Shown: positions 33,167 through 42,995, numbered from the stretch's first letter. The stretch: DNA of 64,000 nt from Candidatus Magasanikbacteria bacterium RIFCSPHIGHO2_01_FULL_33_34 (GCA_001782825.1 MFPS01000006.1:84553-148552); one strand, 5' to 3'. Notes: generated by a model from the letters alone, not told the origin. Numbers and translations: made by a program.

Positions 33167-34966
33167 TTATTCTTTATTCTTCCTATTTTTTTTAATAATT
33201 TCATCCAATTTTTTGGTAGCTGTTTCTGTTTTACATCTAACCGGGCCTTTACCAGAAATATCTGCAACCGAAGGAGAAACAAAAGTTTTAAACCGCGTCC
33301 CACCATCTTTTTTAATCCCCATATTTATAGCATTGATATCAATACCATATTCAAGTCCCATGCTTGCCTGTCTAAAACCAGGTGATTGACCTTCTTGAAG
33401 AACTCTAACATGCCCTCTGCGACTAATAAAAGATTTAACCTCTGCATCATTACCGTCCCCGGTTGATTCCCTCACCTTTTCAGAGCACTTAATTTCTCGC
33501 AAATGACTCAATATAATATTTTTAATAAATTCACCTTTTCCAGAAAAATTTATAGGTTTTTGTGTTTTTGCATTTCTTGGAATAACATACTGATCCAAAA
33601 GCAACCTAAAAGTATAAAGCCCAATCTTAACATCAACGATAACTTCTTTTTTATTACTTTCATTTATAGTATAGGTGACTGTTTCAAAACCCAATTTTAA
33701 AAGCTCTGGATCTGTTATTTCAACCCTGTCACCTCTCGGACTCAATGAATATCTTGTATTATCCTGAATATCTTGTTTCAAAGAAACATTTAACTCACCC
33801 AATTCTTTCAAACCTTCTTCCAAATCCAAATTATCTGGCATTATTTGTGACAGCGTTTCCCAATATTCAGTATCCAAATGCAATTCGTCAATACCACCCT
33901 CAGTTTTTTTAAGAAATTCTAACAATCCACTATTTATTTCATCCTGAGATAATCCATTGGCAATACTAGTTGCTGTAGGTAATATAACTGAAAAAGTATC
34001 TTCATTATTTTCACTTTTTATAAGTTTTGCGCCTTCATTAGCAACAAATTTTCCTAATTCACCACTTTTAGTCAATGCTCTTAATAAACCAGTTTTATCA
34101 CCTCTTAAAATTTTTTCTATAGGGATATCATTTTCCTTATTATAAAGATCATTTAATTTTTCCATTCTTTTCAATATTATTATTCCCTCATCCTTACCAA
34201 CATCTTTCAACCTTCTATCAAACTCATTTTTAAATTCATCACTTTCATAAATATTAGCTTCAACCTCACTATAATTTTTAACAATATCTTCTAGTCCATC
34301 TGATTTTTGGCTATGCAAACCAATCGCCCCTTCTATTTCCAATCTTTTAGCTAAAATATCATTATCTGATGAAAATTTTGATATCACAAATAAAAGCGCT
34401 TGTCTTGATTCTGTTTTTAATATATCTGTCTTGTACGACAAAATTTCTACAAGTTTATCTGATATTTTTTTATTTCCTGAAAAAAATCCACCCACACAAA
34501 GTTCATAAATAAAATCTACCAACTCCTTTTCATTGCCCAATTTATTAATTTTATTAGTCAATAAAGCTTCAGCCAACTCACCATAAATTTGATCTTCAAC
34601 CATAACCGTCATCCATTTTTCCAAAACACCAGCATCTTTTGGCAAATTTACTTTCTTTAATTTCTCAATCAAAGAATTCTTAAAATCTTCTGACCTATAA
34701 CCAGGTATATCCGCTAACAATTCCAAAGAGTTAATAGTATCAATAGCTCTAGTAGGATCAACAACCAATTCCTTACTCAGTCTATCAATCATTGCTTTTT
34801 GCCTATCTCGCCCTTTAGCCTCTCCTTCTTTCCTCGGCTTATCTACAAAATTGTTAAACTCGCTGACCATATTCATTGATGAAGCTAGCTGAGGGGTAGA
34901 TAAAATAACAGAATCTTCTTCTGATTTTATATATTGTTCTGGATTATAGGAACCTTCAGTTCTCAT
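33167..34966 (-). CDS. Hypothetical 599-aa soluble protein with no detectable family
   Basis: No signal peptide or TM. Largely helical, Lys/Glu-rich. C-terminal Gly-rich region (GDGNDAEV...RRGHVRVLQEGQSPGFRQ...GKGPVRC). Bounded by a terminator and a 1-kb non-coding region. Confidence 0.6.
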   Translation of the reverse strand: MRTEGSYNPEQYIKSEEDSVILSTPQLASSMNMVSEFNNFVDKPRKEGEAKGRDRQKAMIDRLSKELVVDPTRAIDTINSLELLADIPGYRSEDFKNSLIEKLKKVNLPKDAGVLEKWMTVMVEDQIYGELAEALLTNKINKLGNEKELVDFIYELCVGGFFSGNKKISDKLVEILSYKTDILKTESRQALLFVISKFSSDNDILAKRLEIEGAIGLHSQKSDGLEDIVKNYSEVEANIYESDEFKNEFDRRLKDVGKDEGIIILKRMEKLNDLYNKENDIPIEKILRGDKTGLLRALTKSGELGKFVANEGAKLIKSENNEDTFSVILPTATSIANGLSQDEINSGLLEFLKKTEGGIDELHLDTEYWETLSQIMPDNLDLEEGLKELGELNVSLKQDIQDNTRYSLSPRGDRVEITDPELLKLGFETVTYTINESNKKEVIVDVKIGLYTFRLLLDQYVIPRNAKTQKPINFSGKGEFIKNIILSHLREIKCSEKVRESTGDGNDAEVKSFISRRGHVRVLQEGQSPGFRQASMGLEYGIDINAINMGIKKDGGTRFKTFVSPSVADISGKGPVRCKTETATKKLDEIIKKNRKNKE

Positions 34967-35257
34967 ATATAATATTATTAAATATTACTTATAATACCAT
35001 ATATAAATTAGCATTTACAATATTTTTACAAACGACATACAAAATAATAAAATAAAAATATTTTTATTATATATTTAATTAAAAAATAAACATTTTGTAT
35101 AAACAATCCTATACAATTTTTTAAAAATATAATTTAAAAAATTAATATTTTTGCCTTAAATAAGCAAAATATTATCAATATTTTACCAAAAATAACCTCT
35201 TACTGAACACCAATTGTAGACAACAATTATGCAAATCCACCCATATTTTTCCATTGT

Positions 35258-35368
35258 TTGTATAGACTATTGTATACAACTGTGGATAACTCTGTGCAAA
35301 ACTCCAAAAAAAGTGGATAAATCCATAAAAAACACCAAAAAAACTATTTGTATAGACTAGTGTATACA
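35258..35368. promoter_or_regulatory. Organised operator-like module: two DnaA boxes bracketed by two copies of a 22-bp palindrome
   Basis: Palindromes ttgtatagactattgtatacaa (35258-79) and ttgtatagactagtgtataca (35348-68). Between them are a perfect DnaA box reverse complement tgtggataa (35281-89) and a one-mismatch box agtggataa (35312-20). The module lies about 50 bp upstream of the promoter at 35419. Confidence 0.45.
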
Positions 35369-35418
35369 TTTTTTATTCATTAAATAAGCCATTTTTTAGC
35401 TTATTTTAGCAAAAAACA

Positions 35419-35447
35419 CCCCTTACTCTTGACAAAAGTCCAAAAAT
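35419..35447 (+). promoter_or_regulatory. Near-consensus sigma70 promoter (TTGACA-17-TATAGT)
   Basis: ttgaca at 35419-24, an exact 17-nt spacer, then tatagt at 35442-47. Confidence 0.6.
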
Positions 35448-35453
35448 ATGTTA

Positions 35454-35918
35454 TAGTATATATGTAGTTCATTACAATGTTCTCTATAACTGAAAGGTTA
35501 TGAGAACATCACTCTCCTTTACTGCAAACATTCCTGTTCTCACCCTTGCGAACAGTCCTATCAATATGAAGAAAGATGCTAAATTCCTTTCTACACAGAT
35601 AGCACGTCGCTCAACAACGCCAAGTAAGCGTCCGCTGAAAGGCACAAAAACAAACATAAAAGTTAAAAACAGAGGCGAGACCAGGACGGTGTGATCTCAA
35701 TTTATAGCGGTTCATGCTTCGGCTGAATCGTCGAGATTCCTACCATTTAGTGGTAGAGGGGTTTTCTACCGTTATAACCTTGTCTATGAGTTTTTTCTCG
35801 AGCCATCTGATAATTTAAATAATTGAATTATGAGACGGCTCGAGTACTCATGCAAATATAACGCATGAGGCAGTAGCCATTTATTAATTTATTCGGTGTC
35901 ACTGCCTCTATTTTTTTT
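35454..35918 (+). ncRNA. Candidate roughly 465-nt structured transcript of unknown class, from the promoter to the terminator. May carry a small basic ORF (about 42-64 aa) in its 5' half. The 3' half is GC-rich and hairpin-dense.
   Basis: Multiple perfect stems are present: UUCG-capped uucaugc-uucg-gcugaa, cuacca/ugguag, gguaga/ucuacc, cucgagcc/ggcucgag and cucaugc/gcaugag. Terminator hairpin gaggcagt...actgcctc plus T8 at 35867-35918. No match seen to RNase P, tmRNA, SRP or 6S hallmarks. Confidence 0.4.
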
Positions 35919-36011
35919 GTAAAATATTTATCATTAATACAAAAAAGACAATAAGTCTTGCCAAACTACAACATTTAATATATAATTATTTCATATTTTA
36001 AAAATAAGTAT

Positions 36012-36404
36012 ATGACCAAAAAGAAATCTGCCTTTACCAAAGAGTTCCTGAATGAAATCAAGGCACTCCTGCTCCAAGAAAAAGAAAATCTCACAGATGA
36101 ACTTGATAGATTTACCAAAAAAAATCCCCACACATCTGATGATTATGATGCTAGTTTTCCAAATTATGGTGATGAAGAAGATGAAAATGCTCGTGAAGTA
36201 GCCCAATATACAGCCAACAAACCCCTAGAAATCACCCTCGAAAAAACCCTAAGGGATACTAACAAAGCCCTAGAAAGCCTTTCCAAAGGGACCTATGGTA
36301 TTTGTAAATATTGTGATCAACCAATTGATGAAAAACGTTTACGAGCTAGACCAACCTCAGGAGCTTGTATTTCTTGTAAAAAAACTCTTACTGACGAGGT
36401 TTAA
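36012..36404 (+). CDS. DksA/TraR-family C4 zinc-finger protein
   Basis: C-terminal GICKYCDQPIDEKRLRARPTSGACISCKK (CxxC-N17-CxxC) with an acidic coiled-coil N-terminus. Confidence 0.6.
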   Translation: MTKKKSAFTKEFLNEIKALLLQEKENLTDELDRFTKKNPHTSDDYDASFPNYGDEEDENAREVAQYTANKPLEITLEKTLRDTNKALESLSKGTYGICKYCDQPIDEKRLRARPTSGACISCKKTLTDEV

Positions 36405-36408
36405 TTTT

Positions 36409-36840
36409 ATGCAAAACAAAATTGACCATCTTATATTATTATTCGGTGGTCTTTTTTTATTTTTTTTAGACCAATTTTTAAAATACCTAGCTTATTCTAA
36501 GCAAAATGTTTTTTTTGTATGGAATAAATTAATTGGTTGGGAATTTTATGCCAACAAAGGCATTGCTTTTAGTCTACCCTTTCCCAATACCATACTCTTA
36601 ATTTTTACTCCCATAATAATATTTTTGCTTATAACCTATTACCTAAAAACAAAAAACCAAAATATTCTGCTCAAAATTTCACTTTTACTAATTATACTTG
36701 GCGCAATCTCAAACTTTATTGATAGAATAATTTTTGGGATAACCATTGATTACTTTAGGATTTTCACTATCGTAATCAATTTGGCTGATATAATGATTGT
36801 TTTTGGAGTTTTACTCTTAATGTTTAAAAATAAAAAATAA
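36409..36840 (+). CDS. lspA: Lipoprotein signal peptidase (signal peptidase II); start at the internal Met 5 bp after the dksA-like stop
   Basis: NKGIAFSLPFPN and IDYFRIFTIVINLADIMIVFGV match LspA motifs. 4 TM. Confidence 0.75.
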   Translation: MQNKIDHLILLFGGLFLFFLDQFLKYLAYSKQNVFFVWNKLIGWEFYANKGIAFSLPFPNTILLIFTPIIIFLLITYYLKTKNQNILLKISLLLIILGAISNFIDRIIFGITIDYFRIFTIVINLADIMIVFGVLLLMFKNKK

Positions 36841-36846
36841 TAAAAT

Positions 36847-38370
36847 ATGTTTATTAAGATAAACTCAATCGCAGTGATTGGTCTTGAATGCGCCCCAGTA
36901 GATGTTGAAATAGATATATCAGGCAGTTGGCCTGGTTTTCAAATTGTTGGCTTGCCAGATACGGCTATACAAGAAGCCAAAGAACGAATACGAACTGCTT
37001 GGAAAAATAGTGGTCTTGATTTTCCTAGCAATAATAGAATTGTAATCAATCTAGCCCCGGCTGATGTACGAAAAGAAGGGGCATCATATGATTTACCAAT
37101 GGCTCTGGGAATGTATATGGCTTCTGAGAAAAAAAATTTTATCAATATCAAAGATAGTTTATTTATAGGAGAATTAGCGCTCGACGGTACTTTGCGACAC
37201 ACACATGGTATTTTGCCAAGTGCAATTTATGCCGCCAAACATGGTTTTAAAAAAATTTTTTTACCTTCATCCAATGCCAGAGAAGCTAGTCTTATTGCCG
37301 GGATTGAAGTCTATCCACTCCAAACTTTCAAAGATTTATTGATGCATTTAAATAATGAAAAAATAATAGAGCCCATGCCTCCAGAAAACATAGATTTATT
37401 GTTTGCAGATGAAAATTATGAAATGGATATGGCTTATATAAAAGGACAAGAATTTGTAAAAAGAGCCCTAGAAATTTCTGCTAGTGGTGCCCACAATATT
37501 TTACTTTCTGGACCACCTGGATCTGGAAAAACACTCTTGGCCCGTACTCTACCATCAATCATGCCATCATTTACAAACGAAGAAGCCATCGAGGTTACCA
37601 AAATTTATTCAGTAGTTGGTCTTTTGCCATCAAACACTCCCCTCATTGTCCAACGTCCATTTAGAGCCCCTCACCACAGTGCTAGTGGGGTAGCGCTCGT
37701 TGGCGGTGGCAGATATCCACGCCCTGGTGAAATCTCTCTCGCTCATCGTGGAGTGCTTTTTCTCGATGAATTTCCCGAATTTCCCCGTATGGTCCTAGAA
37801 AATTTACGCCAACCACTAGAAGATGGCATTGTTACAATTTCTCGTGCCCAAGGTACCTTAGCTTTTCCTGCTCAATTCACTCTAGTCGCCAGTCAAAACC
37901 CTTGCCCATGCGGATATTTTAGCGATCCAGACAAACAATGTCTCTGTTCCACTACCCAAATTTCAAATTACAAAAAGAAAATTAGTGGTCCACTACTAGA
38001 TAGAATTGATTTGCATATTGAAGTGCCTAGAGTTGATTTTAACAAACTCTCCAATGATGAATTATCCGAATCTTCTTCTTCAATAAAAGAAAGAGTAATT
38101 GAAGCAAGAGCAAGACAAACCAATAGATTCAAAAATCTTCCCATATCCACTAACACTGAAATGAAAAACAAAGAAATAAAAGAATTTTGTAAACTTGAAA
38201 ATGATTCTATAGATTTAATGCGTCAAGCCGTAAACAAATTGCATTTATCCGCCAGAAGTTATCACCGTATTTTAAAATTAGCTCGCACCATTGCTGACCT
38301 AAATGCCAGTGATCAGATACGAACTCCCCATATTGCAGAAGCTTTACAGTATAGATGTAAGTCTGAATAA
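36847..38370 (+). CDS. comM: Mg-chelatase-like AAA+ ATPase YifB/ComM
   Basis: N-terminal ...IGLECAPVDVEID.SGSWPGFQIVGLPD, Walker A LLSGPPGSGKTLLA, and the C-terminal ChlI-like domain. Confidence 0.9.
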   Translation: MFIKINSIAVIGLECAPVDVEIDISGSWPGFQIVGLPDTAIQEAKERIRTAWKNSGLDFPSNNRIVINLAPADVRKEGASYDLPMALGMYMASEKKNFINIKDSLFIGELALDGTLRHTHGILPSAIYAAKHGFKKIFLPSSNAREASLIAGIEVYPLQTFKDLLMHLNNEKIIEPMPPENIDLLFADENYEMDMAYIKGQEFVKRALEISASGAHNILLSGPPGSGKTLLARTLPSIMPSFTNEEAIEVTKIYSVVGLLPSNTPLIVQRPFRAPHHSASGVALVGGGRYPRPGEISLAHRGVLFLDEFPEFPRMVLENLRQPLEDGIVTISRAQGTLAFPAQFTLVASQNPCPCGYFSDPDKQCLCSTTQISNYKKKISGPLLDRIDLHIEVPRVDFNKLSNDELSESSSSIKERVIEARARQTNRFKNLPISTNTEMKNKEIKEFCKLENDSIDLMRQAVNKLHLSARSYHRILKLARTIADLNASDQIRTPHIAEALQYRCKSE

Positions 38371-38483
38371 TGATATAAATTTTAATTGAAAATATATCTG
38401 ACTATACATAATATTGACATTTGATTAAAAAAATGATTATATTTACCTGTCATTTAGACCATTACAAAAAATGGAGACAAACA

Positions 38484-38699
38484 ATGGGATCAGTCGCAGA
38501 ACCATGGTGTAAAGATTGCAACAAACCACTAGATAAACTTTTGTATATAGATCCGGAATGTAAAAGTTGTGGCAAAATAGTTATATGTGAAGTATGTAAC
38601 AATAAACCAGAGAATGTTCCATATAGCTATTGTAGTGAATGTGGCCGACCATCCGATGAGGTGGTCAACCAAAACATAATCGATCGACATACTGACTGA
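38484..38699 (+). CDS. Small double zinc-ribbon protein (4x CxxC). Start set at the internal Met because a TTGACA-17-TTATAT promoter overlaps the ORF-track start.
   Basis: CKDC...CKSC...CEVC...CSEC, and the RBS tggaga before 38484. Confidence 0.45.
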   Translation: MGSVAEPWCKDCNKPLDKLLYIDPECKSCGKIVICEVCNNKPENVPYSYCSECGRPSDEVVNQNIIDRHTD

Positions 38700-38824
38700 T
38701 CCCACACCCCGATACCACAGAATTACCCCTGGTATCTTCTACATGGTATTCGGGGTCAATCAAAAATAACTCAATTAATATGAGTTATTTTTGTTTTAAA
38801 TAATTTTAAATTATTTAATATATT

Positions 38825-39388
38825 TTATTTTTTCTCAACCACAATAAAAGTAGTAAGATTAGGATGATTATCTTGAATACCTTTGTCAACAATTTTCAAA
38901 TTATATATTTGAGCTGATCTGGCTGGCGCTATCACGGCTGAATCTGCACTGATATTACCCTCTGACAAATCCTTAGCAGCTTTCGCGGTATCTTCCCATT
39001 CTACCAATTCTGCATTAGGGAATTCGCGCCTGATGTATCTCTCACATTGCATTATTGCTTGTGAATGAGTTGTTATTTTTTTAATGTCTTCTTTATTTAT
39101 ATCTGGCAACACCATAATACACTGATGTACTTCCATCCATAACTCATCTATAACTCTGAAAATATAATTGCCCATAGCATCAAATGCCGGGCGAACCAAA
39201 CCACCTCTTGAATTAACAACTGGAAAAATTCCTATATCAATCATCTCACTATGCAAATCTCTCAAAACACCTTCCATATCAATAGAAAAAATAATGTTTG
39301 GTTTTATACCTTCTCTACCAGCATAAATTAATCCTGCTTCCTCTGAAAATGAACCTTGCGCGCCTGAAACGCCAATTTTTTTTGTCAT
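38825..39388 (-). CDS. pheA: Prephenate dehydratase (PDT) domain protein without the ACT regulatory domain
   Basis: IGVSGAQGSFSEEA, PVVNSRGG (an ENS-equivalent), THSQAIMQCERYI, and NLTTFIVV (a TRF-like motif). 187 aa. Confidence 0.7.
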   Translation of the reverse strand: MTKKIGVSGAQGSFSEEAGLIYAGREGIKPNIIFSIDMEGVLRDLHSEMIDIGIFPVVNSRGGLVRPAFDAMGNYIFRVIDELWMEVHQCIMVLPDINKEDIKKITTHSQAIMQCERYIRREFPNAELVEWEDTAKAAKDLSEGNISADSAVIAPARSAQIYNLKIVDKGIQDNHPNLTTFIVVEKK

Positions 39389-39435
39389 AATATTATTTGT
39401 AAAATCAAAAGTGTTATTTATAATTAGATATTATT

Positions 39436-41628
39436 TCAATTATTTGTATAAAGATAATCTGTATAAATTTCCGTTACACCAAAATTTTTTACTAGATAAT
39501 CAAATATATTTTTGTCATTTATGGTATGTACATATACTGGGATACCTTTTTCTTTTATTTTGGTGCTCACTCCATTCTCTGCCACATCTTGAAACATAGC
39601 AACAGCCGACAAGCCTTCCATTTTTTCTACCCAACTATATACATCGTCTTTGCTTCCAGAATATGCATATAATGTCCAAATTATATTTTTGTATCCCAAT
39701 TCTTTCACTGCATTGTAATCCTCTGGATTATATATTTGTGGAATAATCCTATCAGCATACTCATCAAAACTTTCTTTTATTAATTTTAACCCATTTAGGT
39801 TAAAATTGGTGTCTTTAATATCTGTTACTATTTTAATTTTTTTATTATTTTCTAGCCAATCAACTAGTGTATCCAATGTACATATAGTAAATTCTTTTTT
39901 ATTTTGAACCAACTTTTCAAACTCCACCAAAGATACTCTCTCACTTTTTTGACCAAATAATTGTTCAAATGTTTTACCCCAATCATGAATACAAACCAAT
40001 TCCCCATCTGAAGTAAAAGATAAATCAATTTCCAAATATTCCATACCATTTTCAACACTATTTTGCATTGCTTCAAAACTATTGGTATAAACATTCTCAC
40101 CCAAACCACCACCCGCATGAGCTATTCTTTTTATTACAAAAATTTTTTCATTTTTTGTTTCAAGTCCCCACAAAAAATTCATGTCATTCCTCCAATATTT
40201 ATAAGCTCCAGCCAGTACTTCAACTCTATTTGGTTCAGCAATATCTGACATCAAATCCCTACCAAAACCTAATTTTGTTCTATATCCAATAAATGGCAAA
40301 ATCGTAGCTCCAATATCCATAGTAGATCCTTTTTGATTAACTTCTCTTTTTTCCAAATTTTCAAAATCAATCACCATAAACAAATTTTTTCTGTCCCCCT
40401 TTTTTAACATTTTTTCTGCCACATTTGGCAAAGCAATGTGATCTGAGGTAACTACCACTACAGTATCTTTGGCAAATGATGATTCAGATATTTTCTTTAT
40501 AAAATCCGAAATCAATTTATCAGAACAAGCCACCGCATTAAGCATAGAATTTTTACCATTTTTATATTTTATATTATTACATTCTGGCGAGGATTCTCCA
40601 TAAGGATGATGTGTATCCAAAGTCAATACAAACATTGCCTGCTTCTCTTTTTTTGCTGATAATTCAGAAAAATGCTGATAAGCTAACTCAAACAAACTAT
40701 CATCATGAATACCCCAGCTATGTCTAGGTATAGACTGGTCAACCATATCCTCTAATTTAATCCTTCCGTACACTTCATCAAAATTATGATTTTCAAAAAA
40801 TAAATCTTTTCTCCCAAACTTTAATTCTGCCCCACCAAAGTATGTCAAATAATAATTTTCATTTTTTAACAAATCACTCAAACAAATAGCATTTGGCAAA
40901 AATTTTGGCGTATCTACAAAATTCTGATTTCCCGATGGTGTAATCAAAGGTATTCCACACTGACTTCCAACTATTCCACCTATAGTCCATCCATTTCCCT
41001 CCAAAGTCTCTACCGATGAAAAATATGTACTCTGATTACGCCATTTTTTCAATTCTGACATCAAGTCAGGAAAAATATTCTCATCAAAATATGTTTGTTC
41101 CAGACTTTCACCATAGATAAATATAAGATTTTTAGTTTTACCAATTTTTTCTAAATTAACTTCACTATAATAATCATCAAATTCATATTTAAAATTTTTA
41201 TTATCTGGTGTAATCAAAATATCATACAAATTTAATGACATCGGACTAAAAATAAAAGAAGCAAAAACTGACGGATAAGCTAATAACAAAAACTTCTTTT
41301 GAAATTCTCTTTTTTGTGTTCTATGATATATTTTAAAAATAAAAAATACACAAATACTAATCAATAAAACAAACCATACCATTATTTTCCAAAAACTAAA
41401 TATACCTGCACCTTCTACGCCATATTTCATATGATACAAAACTGCCGTGTTAATACCATTCCCCGTCAAAGAATCAAAAACTAAATATATTAAATTATAA
41501 ATACTAAATAAAAAAAGAATCAAAGCAAAAACAATACTTTGAACTTTTTTGGCCCCTGATAAATAAAATGTATATGAAGCAATTATGATTAATAATGATA
41601 TAAAAAATAATAAAATTAATACACTCAT
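39436..41628 (-). CDS. Fusion membrane enzyme: N-terminal 5-TM, LtaS-like sulfatase/phosphoglycerol-transferase domain, and C-terminal glycerophosphodiester phosphodiesterase (GDPD) domain
   Basis: LtaS/alkaline-phosphatase superfamily motifs NLIFIYGESLE, TIGGIVGSQCG, LTLDTHHPYG and VVVTSDH. GDPD motifs IAHAGGGLGENVYTNSFEA and EIDLSFTSDGELVCIHDW. Confidence 0.75.
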   Translation of the reverse strand: MSVLILLFFISLLIIIASYTFYLSGAKKVQSIVFALILFLFSIYNLIYLVFDSLTGNGINTAVLYHMKYGVEGAGIFSFWKIMVWFVLLISICVFFIFKIYHRTQKREFQKKFLLLAYPSVFASFIFSPMSLNLYDILITPDNKNFKYEFDDYYSEVNLEKIGKTKNLIFIYGESLEQTYFDENIFPDLMSELKKWRNQSTYFSSVETLEGNGWTIGGIVGSQCGIPLITPSGNQNFVDTPKFLPNAICLSDLLKNENYYLTYFGGAELKFGRKDLFFENHNFDEVYGRIKLEDMVDQSIPRHSWGIHDDSLFELAYQHFSELSAKKEKQAMFVLTLDTHHPYGESSPECNNIKYKNGKNSMLNAVACSDKLISDFIKKISESSFAKDTVVVVTSDHIALPNVAEKMLKKGDRKNLFMVIDFENLEKREVNQKGSTMDIGATILPFIGYRTKLGFGRDLMSDIAEPNRVEVLAGAYKYWRNDMNFLWGLETKNEKIFVIKRIAHAGGGLGENVYTNSFEAMQNSVENGMEYLEIDLSFTSDGELVCIHDWGKTFEQLFGQKSERVSLVEFEKLVQNKKEFTICTLDTLVDWLENNKKIKIVTDIKDTNFNLNGLKLIKESFDEYADRIIPQIYNPEDYNAVKELGYKNIIWTLYAYSGSKDDVYSWVEKMEGLSAVAMFQDVAENGVSTKIKEKGIPVYVHTINDKNIFDYLVKNFGVTEIYTDYLYTNN

Positions 41629-41633
41629 AATTT

Positions 41634-42995
41634 TTAACGAATATATTGAAGAGGATTGTTTCTTGCTCCGCCAACACGAACTTCAAAGTGAATATGCGGG
41701 CCAGTCGATTGTCCAGTGGAACCCATTGCGGCAATTGTTTGTCCTTGGACAACATCCTCACCGACATCCACATAAAGCTTACTGGCATGACCATACAAGG
41801 TAGTAACTCCACCACCATGATCAATAATTACATAACAACCATAACCACCATTCCAACCACATTGTGAACGAATTACAGTTCCTGCACGAGCAGCATATAA
41901 CGGTGTTCCTACTGGACCCGCAATATCGAGCCCCGTATGACGCCAGCCATAATACTGTGTAATACGTTTAACTGATGTTGGCCAAATATATCGTGATCCA
42001 GCTGGCGCAGTAATTGATGGTGGTGGCGCAGCAATTGAACTAAATGATAAACTGTAACTAGATGTATAAACTGGTTGTGGTTTACTACCGTCAGGGATAA
42101 TTAATCTTTCTCCCACCACAATATCCGCCCCACCTTCTTGTAATTTATTAAATTTAACAATATCATCTACTTTTGCATCATAAAGTTTAGCAATTTTTGA
42201 CAAATTATCACCTGACACAACTTTATGCAAAACACCATTTGTTGGCAAAATTGCCAATTTATCCCCTGGACGAATATAAGAACGAGAAGTTAAATCATTT
42301 GCCCACAAAACAGTCAAAACATTCAAACCATAATCTTGCGCAATTTTACCAACCACCTCTCCAGGTTGTACTACATGATAAATAATCTCACTTCGCTTTT
42401 GTCCAGATGGTGAAATTGTAGGCAATTCTGATCCGGGTAAAATTATTGGTTTATTAACGGCTGAACCACCCGCACTAACACCGGCAATTTCTTGTGTTTC
42501 TAAAGTTGATCCGATCCCAGCTACTCCAGTCGTATCTAAAACCACTGAACCTTCTCTCCAAGTTCTAACTTCTTTTTGAGGTAATTGCTTTAAATCAATC
42601 TCAAACTCCTCAACACCAAAATTTTGATCACCCGGACCAACTAAAACATACAACAATGTATTTTGACCATGAATTTTTTCCGTAGTTTTAGTATAAAGTT
42701 TGCTATGCGGTACCATAACAACAACAGCGATCACAAAAATTACAATCTGCAAAGCCCAACGTTGTCCAAAAAAATCAATAAATCTAACATTTTTTGAAAT
42801 ATTAAGCCGTTTAAAAAGCCTCTTTTTTATAATAAAAAAACCTTTATACAAATAAAAGCCCACAGTTTTACTGTACAATGTATATACTTTGCTTAAAAGT
42901 TTAATGAATTTATTAATAATGACAACAAGAGCCCGCTTTACATAAATTAAACTGCGCAAAAAATATAATAATGCTTTTAACCCTATGCGTTTCAT
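41634..42995 (-). CDS. LysM-domain M23 family peptidoglycan endopeptidase (membrane-anchored)
   Basis: N-terminal TM, LysM domains (GDKLAILP, GERLIIPDG), and the M23 active site HTGLDIAG...GYGCYVIIDHGGG...HIHFEV. Confidence 0.8.
   Translation of the reverse strand: MKRIGLKALLYFLRSLIYVKRALVVIINKFIKLLSKVYTLYSKTVGFYLYKGFFIIKKRLFKRLNISKNVRFIDFFGQRWALQIVIFVIAVVVMVPHSKLYTKTTEKIHGQNTLLYVLVGPGDQNFGVEEFEIDLKQLPQKEVRTWREGSVVLDTTGVAGIGSTLETQEIAGVSAGGSAVNKPIILPGSELPTISPSGQKRSEIIYHVVQPGEVVGKIAQDYGLNVLTVLWANDLTSRSYIRPGDKLAILPTNGVLHKVVSGDNLSKIAKLYDAKVDDIVKFNKLQEGGADIVVGERLIIPDGSKPQPVYTSSYSLSFSSIAAPPPSITAPAGSRYIWPTSVKRITQYYGWRHTGLDIAGPVGTPLYAARAGTVIRSQCGWNGGYGCYVIIDHGGGVTTLYGHASKLYVDVGEDVVQGQTIAAMGSTGQSTGPHIHFEVRVGGARNNPLQYIR

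Noticed and set aside
35175-35369. Minus-strand 64-aa ORF over the palindrome/DnaA-box module
   Set aside because: The region is a symmetric operator-like DNA arrangement in an AT-rich spacer; the ORF has no RBS, and low-complexity composition favours non-coding.
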